A DNA stretch of 64,000 nt from Eledone cirrhosa (taxonomy: Eukaryota): assembly GCA_964016885.1 (NCBI GenBank), contig OZ024742.1, positions 37,324,001-37,388,000 on the forward strand, read 5' to 3'. A program made the translations under genes and the position numbers. The notes beneath the pieces are model-generated. The model did no database searches. It was not told where the DNA came from and saw only the letters and a list, made by a program, of their open reading frames with translations. Each line of letters opens with the position of its first letter. The stretch's first letter is position 1. Shown in pieces: positions 13,301-25,768 of this stretch.

Positions 13301-15450
13301 AGGTGTAGATGAATGGCTTGTGAGAGCTATACAAGCCATGTATAAAGAAACAGTGAGCAAGGTTAGAATTAACAACGAATACAGTGAAGAGTTTAGCGTA
13401 AAAGTTGGTGTTCATCAGCCCCCCCCCTCCTATTTATTATCGCCCTCCAAGTTATAACCGAGAAGCTCAAGACCGGCTGCCCATGGAAACTTCTATACGC
13501 AGATGATCTAACGCTCATAGCCGAATCAATGGCTGAACTAGAGAAGAAATTCCAAACATGGAAGCACGGCCTAGAATCAAAAGGCCTTAAAATTAATCTG
13601 GCTAAGACCAAAGTTCTAGTTTGTAGGAAAGAAAATAAGGCGGCGGTCCCTTCCGGGAAGTGGCCATGCTCAGTGTGTAGGAAAGGCGTAGGTAGAAACT
13701 CCATTTTGTGTCAGAAATGCAAAGTATGGGTGCATAAAAGATGTAGTGGGATCACAGGTAAGCTAACTAAGAACATAGATTTCACATGTGGCCGGTGCTC
13801 TGGTGCAATAAGTAGCAGCAAGTGCCCACAAAATACTAGCTCTTTCAACTGCGCAGAGGGCTCTATAGAAATAGTGGACAGCTTCCGTTACCTGGGTGAC
13901 AAAATCAGCAGTGGTGGAGGGTGCTCCGAAAGTACTGTAGCTAGAGTCCGAACAGGATGGAAAAAGTTCAGAGAGCTTATACCACTAATGGCCGCTAAAG
14001 GTTTCTCTCTAAAAATAAAAGGCAGGCTGTATGATGCCTGCATACGAACAGCGATGATACATGGCAGTGAGACATGGGCCTTGTGTGCAGAGGATCTACG
14101 CAGACTAGAGAGGAACGAAGCTTGCATGCTCCGTTGGATGTGTAATAGTAATATACGCGAACGGCAAAGCATAAATAAACTAAGTGAGAAATTAGGAATA
14201 AGAGGAATCAGATGCTGTTTAATCGAGAGAAGACTACGTTGGTATGGTGACGTGATGCGCATGAAAGATGACAGCTGCATAAAAAAGTGCAGGGCGATCA
14301 AAATAGACGGTAGCTACGGAGTAGGCAGACCCAGAAAAACCTGGGACTTGATAAAATCCGACTTCACAGACTTACACCTCTCCAAGACAATGTCACTGGA
14401 CTGAGATCTTTGGCGCTACGCAGTAATACAGAAGACCCACCTTGCCTAAGTTCAAAGCAAAACCTACAGTCAATAGGCACCTCTTAACCAAAATACACCC
14501 CCGTCCCACTAACCCTACCGCCATCTACACCACCCCTTTCGATGTAAAGCTATGTTGGTACAACATCCAGTCCTAAATAAATGAGGTCGTGTAGGTGTCA
14601 CGACAAAACACACAGTCCACGCTGTAATGTGGCCGTGTAGGTAACATGGTAAAAACCTCCCAGTCCACACTGTAAACGTGGTTGGTGTTAGGAAGGGAAT
14701 CCAGCCATAGAAAACCCGCCAGACTGTCCTGAGCAAGACAACCAATCTTGCCTCAAGTGGGACAATTCCCGTCCAGACAACGATGATGATCATGATGATG
14801 ATGAAGCAAATGTATTTATTTCACGAAAGCTCAGACGGCTTATCGTCATTGTTACTGCCAATATGCCACCCAAAAAGTCCCAGCCTGGCCGCAAGATCAG
14901 ATTTTCCAGAAGAAAAAATGTTACTAGAGCAACAGAGAGATTAAGCTTCGCGATTACCATCAACAAAGCTCAGGGTCAAACTCTAAAAGTGGCTGGCCTT
15001 CATATGAGAAAACCATGCTTCTCCCATGGTCAGTTGTATGTAGGATACTCTAGGGTGAGCTCGCCAAACAATCTCTTCATCTTTGCTCCCGAGGGCCAAA
15101 CAAAAAATATTGTATACTCTGAGGCTCTAACAATGTAATTTATGTATTTTCTGTTACTTGGAATTTCCATTATGGTTGTACAAATTATTGTAAAGTTTGT
15201 TAAAAAATTTGTTCTCTGTTCAGCCTTTATTGTTGTAACTATCAATTCTCTTTAACGTACTGGCTGCTGAACTGGGGAATACTAAAAACTATTCAAACCC
15301 AACATCAGAGCACGTTAACCTCCCGCCCCCACCCTCGCTGACTTGAGAGGGTATGCAGTATCTTTGCACTGGAGTGGAGGGGGAGAGGGAATCCTGAAAA
15401 GATAAAATGCCGGTATACCTAGACGGGTGCCAGCCGGAAGGGCCAGCTAG
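10361..15450 (+). mobile_element. Non-autonomous Helitron interrupted by an RTE LINE
   Basis: Putative 5' end atattataaagctga. ORF 14863-15138 fuses an MPPKK start to the Pif1-helicase C-terminus (FAITINKAQGQTL...FSHGQLYV..SRV). A GC-rich subterminal patch and CTAG|T end it at 15447-15451. The 5' boundary is uncertain. Confidence 0.65.
10870..14803 (+). mobile_element. Near full-length RTE LINE, family A (APE endonuclease + RT, frameshifted)
   Basis: ORF pieces 11283-14449: GTMNVGTL, CCIQETRW, SAYAPQ, AGDLNGHVG, QFGF, FVDLEKAFDRVP, YADD, FRYLGD, HGSETW. Ends in (GAT)n. 5' UTR homology with copy 2 starts at ~10870. Confidence 0.95.
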
Positions 15451-15509
15451 TATATATATATATCTTCTTCTTCACTCACTTATTCCTAAGAGGGTCATAG
15501 GGGCAGAGT

Positions 15510-15935
15510 CCTCAAACACTCCTTACAGCAGGTCCTGTCAGAAGCAACTGTCTCCAACTGATCTGGCTGGATCTCCAAGCAGGGCCAGCCAAGCTCATGG
15601 ATGTCTTTCAACCATCTTGCTCAGGGTCTATCCCTGGGTCTCTTGCCAGTTGGTTTTGCCCATAAAATCTGTCCAGTGATTCTTTCTTAAGACATTCTAA
15701 CCACATGCCCATAGTATCGGAGCTGTGGTCTCTCAATTTGGAGAAGTAGCAGCTCTACCAGGAATGACTCTCTGATCTCCGAGTTATGCACTTTATCGAG
15801 TAAAATTAATCCAAAGAACCTTCGGAGGAATCCCATTTTGGTTGCTTGTATTCGCGATCGTATTCTTTCAGTCATTACACAAGATTCATGACCGTAGGTA
15901 ATGGTTGGCACGAATACCGAATTGAAGATAGTGTT
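15510..15935 (-). mobile_element. RTE-clade 3' fragment of a distinct (Expander/Rex3-like) family
   Basis: PTITYGHESCVMTERIRSRIQATKMGFLRR...QLRYYGHVVRM. Confidence 0.75.
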
Positions 15936-15954
15936 GATATATATATATATATAT

Positions 15955-16165
15955 ATTCACACTAATAAAGAGGGTGTGGTAAGATACCAGGTGGACCATA
16001 ATGCACCAGAGTACTCAATACTAAGGGTAGTAGTAATAGGAAAAGAGTCAGGACCCCAATGGGTGAGCTCCGGCCGTTTTCAACAGCTAGATCCAAACAA
16101 GTTCGGACCTAGCTGTCGAAACGGCCAGAGCTCACCTGTTGGGGTCCTGACTCTTTTCCTATATA
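15955..16165. repeat. Short (TA)-flanked element ending in a ~58-bp-arm hairpin
   Basis: 16037-16094 pairs with ~16105-16162. A sibling with a collapsed hairpin lies at 8308-8376. Confidence 0.75.
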
Positions 16166-16174
16166 TATAACTAC

Positions 16175-16369
16175 AGATTAATGTTTAAGCAAAGAATCAT
16201 TGCTGTCACGCTTTTACAGGATCTTCTAAAACAGAAAAACCAATCTGTAGATGCAGAATTAGATATTTCAAAAAACGTCACAACCGAAGGATGTTTTTGA
16301 ATTCTGCGTCAGTTTCAGAAAATCCTGTAGAAGGGTGAAAGCAGCAATTCTTTGCTTAAACTTTAATCT
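16175..16369 (+). other. Long imperfect hairpin (~195 nt)
   Basis: agattaa.gtttaagcaaagaa..ttgctg..cttttacaggat..gatgcagaatt pairs with aattctgcgtc..atcctgtagaag..cagcaattctttgcttaaac.ttaatct. Confidence 0.75.
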
Positions 16370-16398
16370 CTACTTATAATAAATATTTACTCTACGGG

Positions 16399-16434
<36 letters not shown>

Positions 16435-16436
<2 letters not shown>

Positions 16437-17342
16437 TACAGTAGCTAGAGTCAGAACGGGATGGAAAAAGTTCAGAGAGCTTATACCACTATTGGCCGCT
16501 AAAGGGTTCTCTCTAAAAATGAAAAGCAGGCTGTATGATGCCTGCATACGAACAGCAATGTTACATGGCAGTGAGACTTGGGCATTGTGTGCAGAAGATA
16601 TATGCAGACTGGAGAGGAACGAAGCTTGCATGCTCCGCTGGATGTGTAATAGTAATATACGAACTAAGGGTGAAATTAGGAATAAGAGGGATCAGATGTT
16701 GTTTACTCAAGAGAAGACTACGTTGGTACGGTCACGTGATGCGCATGAAAGACGACAGCTGTATAAAAAAGTGCAGGGCGATAAAAATAGACAGTAGCCA
16801 CGGAGTAGGCAGACCGAGAAAAACCTGGGACGACTTGATAAATTCCGACCTCACAGACTTACACCTCTCCAAGACAATGTCACTGGACCGAGATCTTTGG
16901 TGCTACACAGTAATACAGAAGACCCGCCTTGCCTAAGTACAAAGTGAAACCTACAGTCAGTAGGCACCTCTAACAAAAACACACCCCCGTCCCACTACCC
17001 CCACCCCATCCACACTACCCCCACACCATCCACACCACCCTTTTCAATGTAAAGTTATGTTGGTACCACAACATTCAGCCCGAAACAAATGAGGTCGTGT
17101 AGGTGTCACAACAAAAAAAACACACAGTCCACGCTGTAATGTGGCCGTGTAGGTAACATGGTAGAAACCTCCCAGTCCACACTGTAAATGTGGTTGGTGT
17201 TAGGAAGGGCATCCAGCCGTAGAAAACCCGCCAGACAGTCCTATACGAGCAAGACAACCAATCTTGCCTCAAGTGGCAAAATTCCCGTCCAAACCCATGC
17301 AAGCGTGGAAGATGGACGTTAAACGATGATGATGATGATGAT
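16435..17342 (+). mobile_element. RTE family A, 5'-truncated, within (TA)n
   Basis: High similarity to 13930-14803. (GAT)n tail. Confidence 0.95.
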
Positions 17343-18374
17343 ATATATATATATATATAATCCTTATCGAGCCCTCTTCGGATTTTAGTCTTCACATTTA
17401 TTATTACTATATATATATATATATATATACATACATATGTGTGTGTGTGTAAACCAAGCCAAAATTAGTAGTCTGTGCGAGCGAAACAGAAGTCCTCCGA
17501 ACTGATCTCTCACAAAAGGACAGCCCGTCCTACCCACACTAGCGTGGAAAATAAACATTGAACGATGTTATTGATAATGATATATATAGTGACTAATAGC
17601 ACTAACCAAGTCACTGAAGACATAAAATTCAACAACAATAATGAAATTATGGGACATCCAACTTATTTGACTATGCTACTAACTACTACTAGATGTTAGT
17701 CACACGTTTGTTCTTTTAGAGTTACTAGTTTATTTTTTGACTTCAAGCCTTTTCTACCTATATTTCTAATGAAATACATAGTCTACGTGTTTCAATTAAT
17801 TTTTTTTTAATAATTCAACATTTGGGGGGATTAAATAATGTAATTTATCTTCTCATTACTAAAGTGGTGTTTTGGGATAAAATGTTCAAAACACTTAAGA
17901 TTCTTTGTATTACTAAAGTCTCCCCCAACACACAATTCTTGATTCTTTACAAAATTATATGAAAATCATAACAGTGTATTTCATTAGAAATATGGTAAGG
18001 AAATGATTAATGTGTTTATATGTATCTAAAAACCTTCCATCATAATTTTATGTAAGAAGCTTTGTTAAGTTATGTACCAAACACCAACTTGTTAATGAGA
18101 AAGTTACTACACTAAATCCCACCAAATTCTTTATTATTTAAAAAAGTATCTGAAAGCAATAGGCAGTGTATTTCATTATAAATATGGTAACAAAAGAGGT
18201 TAAGAGTCCTGCCTAGAGACACAGCTACATAACTTCAGTAGGATGTGGACATTGAACCATAAAATAGTTGTCACAACAGGGGCATTCCATACTGTGTGCA
18301 ATGTATGACTAATAAACCAACACCTGTCACTAGAGCAAAGCAGACTCACACATAATGATGATGATGATACATAT

Positions 18375-18565
18375 CATAATTGTTTCTACTTTAGACACAA
18401 GGCCAGCAATTACCCAGTACATTACTGGTACTTTATTTTATCGACCCCGTAAGGATGAAAGGCAAAATTAACCTCGGCGGGATTTGAACTCAGAATGGCA
18501 AGGACTGTAACTCGATGCGTCAAAGTATGGAGTCCGACCCTCTACCGATACTGCCAATCCACTGT
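18375..18565 (-). mobile_element. tRNA-related SINE (ttttatcgacccc..ggatgaaaggcaaa..acctcggc family)
   Basis: B-box-like gagttcaaatcc on the minus strand. A homologue lies at 59905-60035, with decayed copies near 23560-23910, 34050-34170 and 36830-36970. Confidence 0.65.
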
Positions 18566-19846
18566 TTATTCGTAAGAGTGATACATATCATATAATGCCA
18601 CTTTTCTATGCTAGCATAGATTGGACAGGCTGTCACAGATGAAGTCAGCACTCTATTGGAGCTAGTCTTCACAAACGGGATGGGGATGGGGGCTCACAAC
18701 TCAGATGTCTTCATACATTTTACTGAGTGCATTTTATCATGCCGTACTACCAGTGTTACTGTCCCTTTGACAACTGTGGAGTCCTCTTGGCTGTTTATTT
18801 GGCAGGTTTTCTATGGCTAGATGCCCTTCCAAACACCAACCACTTTACAGAGTATACTGGATGTTCCTCACAAAATTCAAGAGGTGAGAGGGGGAAGCGA
18901 AAAAAATGTTTTGTTTTTTTTGTTTGCTTGTTTTTTTTCAAAGGGGAATGAAAGAGCATCAGAGTAGAGAGGAATTCCTTTGCTCTCTACCACCACTCCA
19001 TTGGAGATTCTATGTGATGTAACAACTGAAAATACAGGTGCTGGACACAAACCATTCCTGGTTCTACAGGACAAAACTATTTGTTTTAAAGTGTTTATAT
19101 TTATTTAAAAACCTTCGATCATAATTTTATATAAGATCCTTTATTAAATTTTGTTCCAACCACCAGCTGAATGAGAAAGTTAATACTAAATCCCTGCACA
19201 TTAATTTCAAATTTTAGTGAAAATCATAGGGAGTGTCTTTCATTAGAAATATGGTTAATATAAGGTTTGAGGTTGTGATTTCAATTCCGGACCGGGCGAT
19301 GCGTTATGGCCTTGAGCAAGACCCTTTATTTCACGTTACTCTTTCTGCCCAGACTGCGACCGACAGTACTAACAATTGAAAGACCAACGGAAACATTATT
19401 TCTTTGGTCCGATTTGATGAGCTCCACGCCAGTCATTAAGCAAATGAGGTCTGGGATCTTGTTAATCGACTGTCGATATACCTTTACTAAACCATAGGAA
19501 AAGAAAAGTGATAGACACATACACACACAGTCTTCTAACCTAATATACAGAAAAAAAAAGAGAGAGAAAAATAAATTAGGTCACTAATCATTGATTATAT
19601 ATGATGACCTCACTCCTGCTATATTCAACATGTCTACTGCGCCCCTCCCTCTCTGCTCAGTGAAGTTTATTTAAATGGAAATCAAATCAGCTGTTTATTT
19701 ATGATGACAACACAGACAATACCTACCACTACCACCACTGTAACCAGAACTATCCTCTATAACAACTGCCCTCACCATTACAACCATTCCCACCACCCTC
19801 AATGTCACATAATTCAGACAGCTGCATTGAAATTTCAACATGAATA

Positions 19847-19893
<47 letters not shown>

Positions 19894-19964
19894 TATAAAG
19901 AGAGAGAGAGAGAGTTTCTAGAAATATATTCCTAAGAAGCAAACAAGAAAACATATTTCAGTAG

Positions 19965-20500
19965 GGAGGAGTGACTAGGTACATGTGGGTGTGGTGTAGA
20001 GGTACATCAAATTGACACACAGGGGTTGGGGACTAGATACATAGTTGGGTAGGAGACAAGGTATGTCTAGGGGTGAGGTGGTGTACATAAATCATAGACA
20101 CACATGGAGGTATATGTAGGTGGGGGACAAGGTATATGTTAGGGTGGGGTACATGAATTATAGACATGTGGGAGACTAAATATATGAGGGGGTGGAGGAG
20201 GTGGTACACATGGGGGTGAAGTGATGTACATAAATTATAGACATATATGGGGGTACATGTAGGTGAGGGACTGGATATATGTAAGGGTGGGGGTACATGA
20301 ATTATAGACACATATGGGGGTATAAGTATGTGTAGGTGAGGACTAGGTACATGTGGAGGTGGGGTACACAAATTATAGATACAGATGGGGGTGCAAGTAC
20401 ATGTAGATGAGGACTAGCTGCATTGGGGGTGGGGATTCATAAAATAGAGACACAGGTGAGAAGAAACTGGGTACAAGTGAGAAGGGGGGGGGTACAACCA
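19965..20500. repeat. Degenerate G-rich minisatellite (ggggtacatg...aattatagacacat)
   Basis: Recurrent motifs at irregular spacing. Confidence 0.6.
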
Positions 20501-21489
20501 GTGCATCCGTAGATCACAAACAGAGGGCACCCATGTATGCTGATCCCAGACATCTGATGCAGTCAGTCAGTCATGATTCCAACAGTAGACACCATGGATG
20601 TGAGGAACAGATATTAGTTGAAGATCTAATTTGATTGTGTCAACCTACTTTTTTCACTGTCCCATTCACCATTTACGCCATCCAGATAGGGGCTTCAATG
20701 CAACTGCATCACAGATGGGTTCATGTCATGGGTGATAATCATCATCATCACCACCATTTAACATCTATTTTCCATGCTTGCATGGGTTAGATAACTGTTG
20801 CATGCAGGGGCCAGACTGGTCAGGTGACTAGGTCCTGCTCATATGATGTTTTGGCTTGGTTTCTACAGCTGGATGCCCTTCCTAATACCAACCACTGTAC
20901 AATGTGCACTGGTAACATGGTTTCCACGGTTGGATGCCTTTCCTAACATCAACAGAGTGTACTGGGGACATTTTATCCTGACTCTGACACTACCACTTTA
21001 TAAGGGAAACTGTGTAGTAAAACCAACAGAGGCACCATTTGAGTAATTGTTAACAGGAACTAAATACTGACCAGGAATTTTGGCCCCAGCACTTGCCAAA
21101 TCCAGTAATACCACACTATGTCTACACCCCACTCTCTCCCTCTGCACACACCCACACACACAGATCCCCTTAGATAGATGTGGATGAGTCGATGTGATGT
21201 AGATAAGCCAATGTGATTTCACTACTTCCTCACACTTGCTAATCAGATAAAATAAAATAAAAATTACATACACACATCTATTAAAAACACAAATGAACAA
21301 AGTAAAATAAAATAAAATACATAAAATAAAAAAATAGAGGATTTAGAAGTATTAGAAACAGGAAAAGACATCTGTGGCTACACTGTGTGTTAGAACTGAT
21401 ATATATATTACTAAAAAGAATAAAGATGTCGTGTCTGAGAAAATTTCAAACATGCACTATATCATCTGCAAGGGAAGCTCAAAGAAAGA

Positions 21490-22185
21490 TTCATCATCAT
21501 CATCATTGTTTAACGTCCATCTTCCACGCTTGCATGGGTTTGGACGGGAGTTTTCCCACTTGAGGCAAGATTGGTTGTCCTGCTCGTATAGGACTGTCTG
21601 GCGGGTTTTCTATGGCTGGATGCCCTTCCTAACACCAACCACATTTACAGTGTGGAATGGGAGGTTTTTACTGTGTTACCTACACGGCCACATTACAGCG
21701 TGGACTGTGTGTTTTTTTTTGTTGTGACACCTACACGACCTCATTTGTTTCGAACTGGATGTTGTGGTACCAACATAACTTCACATTTAAGGGGGTGGTG
21801 TGGATGGGGTGGGGGTAGTGGGACAGGGGTGTATTTTTGTTAGAGGTGCCTACTGACTGTAGGTTTCGCTTTGTACTTAGGCAAGGCGGGTCTTCTGTAT
21901 TACTGTGTAGCGCCAAAGATCTCGGTCCAGTGACATTGTCTTGGAGAGGTGTAAGTGTGTGAGGTCGGAATTTATCAAGTCGTCCCAGGTTTTTCTGGGT
22001 CTGCCTACTCCGTGGCTACTGTCTATTTTTATCGCCCTGCACTTTTTTATACAGCTGTCGTCTTTCATGCGCATCACATGACCGTACCAACGTAGTCTTC
22101 TCTCGAGTAAACAACATCTGATCCCTCTTATTCCTAATTTCTCCCTTAGTTCATTTATGCTTTGCCTGTTTATGCTTTGTCCGTT
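21490..22185 (-). mobile_element. RTE family A, 5'-truncated
   Basis: ORF 21877-22206 ends ...RLRWYGHVMRM...KTRLA*. The 3' UTR and (CAT)n tail are present. Confidence 0.95.
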
Positions 22186-24199
22186 TATTCTAAGAAATAA
22201 TTCCAAGCTCTTATTATAAATTTAAAAATGAATAACATATATAAACATATCAAACATTAACAGGAGATAATTTTCGAAGAATGTAAGAACATTTAAATAC
22301 AAATGGCGGTATATTTAAACTTAACAAAAATATTAAATACTTGACATTCAATAATTATTTATACTCTACATATTCCATTAGGGCTTCAGAAATATGTTTC
22401 ACCATTAAATTACATTACTAAGTCTCTCCAAATTCTTGTGTATTTTCAAAATAATTTGAAAACCATAGGCAGTCTTTCATTAGTAATATGGCATCAACAA
22501 AGTTAGTCATTCCATACCTACACAGTTGCTAGTGTATGTGAGAAATTCCTTAACCATCCCCATCTGAAGGTGATTTTAACATCTGCGATACTCACAGATA
22601 AATACAAGTAGGAGTATTTTTACAATAATCCATTTACCATTTCAGTAATGAATTCAGCTGGGAGTATCAAAATGAAATCCCAACCTATATTTGGAAGATA
22701 TGATTTCCATCAGAATGTATTTCTATCCAACTGAAAGTTTCCAACGGTATTATTTTATTCTTTTACCCTTATTTCTTTACTGGTTTCAGCCATTAAGCTA
22801 TTGGCATGCTGGGACATCACCTTCAAGAGGTTTAGTTGAACGTATCACCCCCACCCCCAGTAGTTAATTTTTTCAAGTCTGGTATTTATTACCAATCTCT
22901 TTTTGGCAAATGGCTAAGTTACGAGACATAAACATATCAACATATGTCCACTTTTTATACTGCTAACCCATGCCAATGTTGAAAGTAGATGTAAAATGAT
23001 GATGATATATACACATAACAAACTTCAGCAGTTTTCAGCTACCACATTTCATTCTGAAGCCATTGATCAATTCAAAGCTATAGTAGCAGACACTTGCCCA
23101 AAGAACCATGCAATGGGATTGAACCTGAAACCGTGTGGCTGCAAAGTGTACACCTTAAACACAGCCATGCTTGTGCTGTGCCAGTAATGGAAATGGAAAT
23201 GTAAAACTAGAGTTTAGTAAGCCCACATATTTTACAGGTGGTGGAGCCATGGTGTTGCAATAACTACATTGAGGCCTTTAAATAATGTTTCCACATCATG
23301 AATTTTTTTCACTAAATCTTCTACAGGTTCAGCTCACAGAGTGTCGCAGCAGCTATCATTTCAAGGCCATTTTCCCTATTAATGCAGAGGTTTGTTTTCT
23401 AGGCTCCATCTTCATCATGGTATCCTTTTTAAAGCAACATTTCTTAGACTGTAAGATAAAAATGCCTTGTGTTATTTCTTCCTGTTCAAATATCATACAG
23501 GCCAACTAAAACTTTCCTGTGTCTAAACTCAATAAAATAATGCACCAATTGAGGGGCGGTCAATTGCTGGACTTGTTAGAGTATCAGACAAGGCGTCTTG
23601 TGGTATTTGTTCCAGCTCTGTATTTTGAGTTCATATTTTGCTGAAGTTAACTTTGACTTTCAAACTTTTGAGGTAGATGAAATAATATAGTAGTCCAGAA
23701 GCAGTGAATAGATGAAATTGCTAAAACAATATGGTATTTTTTCAACTTTATGCTTTACATGTTCAATTCTTGCCAATGTCAACTTTGCCTTTCATCCATT
23801 TTGAAGTCAATAAAATATAGTACCAGTCCAGAACAGTGAGTTAGTGGTACTCTTAGAACATTGGAGAAGATACCTGTTCCAGCTCTTTGTGTTCAGAATT
23901 TAAATCCCATTGTCTTGAATATTTAGTTGTAGTTTTAATCTGTTGTCTGGTTAGACACCCAGATCGTGACTTTAGGATACTTTAGTCAAGTCCATTCTGT
24001 AGCAAGCTCTCTGGTTAGAAGATGTCTTAATGCCTCCCTCATAACAATTTCAGAGATTATGAAAAGGCTCATAGTGATGTAGATTCATTCTCACTGGGTA
24101 GCACCTTGAGCAAAGTATCTTCTACTATAGAATTGGGTTGACCAATGCCTTGTGGGTGAAATTTGACAGACAAACTGAGTGGAAGCTCATCATATATAT

Positions 24200-24503
24200 A
24201 TCATCATTTTACGTCCGCTTTTCCCTGCTTGCAAGGGTGGGACGGGAACTGATTCTGGCTTGATTTCTACAGCAGGATGCCCTTCCTAACAGCAACCTCA
24301 TTACAGTGAGTGCTGGGTGCTTTTTTCCGTGGCACCTTTGTAGTGGAATGATAGGGACCCCAGTCCCTATCATCTCATTTCTACAGCTGAGTAAACTGGA
24401 GCAATGTAAAATAAAGTGTCTTGCTCAAGGAAATAACACATCACCCAGTCTGAGAATTGAACTCACAACCTTTCGATTGCAAGGCCAATGCTCTAACCAC
24501 TAA
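24200..24503 (-). mobile_element. tRNA-derived SINE with RTE-type tail
   Basis: Reverse complement of the SINE at 47895-48234. A plus-strand tail-only copy lies at 24600-24740. Confidence 0.85.
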
Positions 24504-25436
24504 TGTGTGCATATATGTGTGTATATGTGTGTTTACATCTGTAACTTAAGGGGTTTGACAAAAAGAGATTGATAATTAAGTACCAGGCTTATTTTTAAAA
24601 GAGCACCCAGCACTCACTGTAAACGAGGTTGGTGTTAGGAAGGGCATCCAGCTGTAGAAATCAAGCCAGTATCAGTTCCCGTCCCACCCTTGCAAGCAGG
24701 GAAAAGCGGATGTAAAATGAAATGATGATGAAATGATGTATTGGAGTTGATATGATCAACTAAAAAAAAAACCCTTCAAAGTGGTACCCCAGCATGGCCA
24801 CAGTCTAACGGCAGAAACCAGTAAAAAAAAAAGATAGAATGGAAGAAAATGAGAATAAATAAAATACAAAGCTTCAGAAATTACTGTCTATCCATTGCTT
24901 AGCATTCACATACACACATATATGCATATACACACATACAAATACATGTGCATGTAAGCACGCAAATATACATACACACATACATGCATGCACATATACA
25001 TACACATATACACATGCACACTGATACACAAAAATACATGCATATGCGTACATATATGCAATCAGCTATGTACATGCACATATAAACACGTGTACATACA
25101 TATGTAATTACATAGTCATATATGATGGTAAGATAGCCAATATCCAACAGAACGGAGGGAAAAAAGAAAACACACACATACGCACATGCATACACATGCA
25201 TATAAACACACACACATACATATATACACATACAAAAGCCCATTCCTATAAGGACAGGCTTTTGTAAAAGCAATATCAAATACAAGTCTGTTCCCTTATC
25301 AATAGCCTGATTTGCATTAGAAATATATTACATAAGTGTATTACATAAGATGCTATCTGAAAATTATAAATTTCATAATAAAATGAATTATGAATATCTA
25401 GCCTTCACATTTTTATCATTATATATATAAACGTAC

Positions 25437-25768
25437 ACAGTTGTCCACCAGCATTCGCAGGGGTTACGTTCCTAGAACATTCGCGAAGAGCGAAAAAATG
25501 CGAATATTGGACGTGGTCCATAAAAATGCCTATAAACATCAAAACAGAACATAAAATATAGGCTGGCAAATACAGTATACTGTTATTAATAATTTAGTGT
25601 TAAAAAGTGAGAAAAAAATTTATATTGCCATAAAAGCCATTAAAAGCCATAAAAAAATGGCAGAAGATATTTAGGATTCTGCGAATATGTGGTTTCCCCA
25701 AACAATTAGTTAGATTCTAAGGAAAATTCCGCGAATAACCAGGACTGTGAATGGTGGGGGCACACTTT
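25437..25768. mobile_element. Tigger/pogo-like MITE (decayed)
   Basis: Left end cagttgtccaccagcattcgcaggggttacgttcc..cgcgaa. Right end cgcgaata..gtgaatggtgggggcacact. The terminal inverted repeats are imperfect. Confidence 0.55.
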
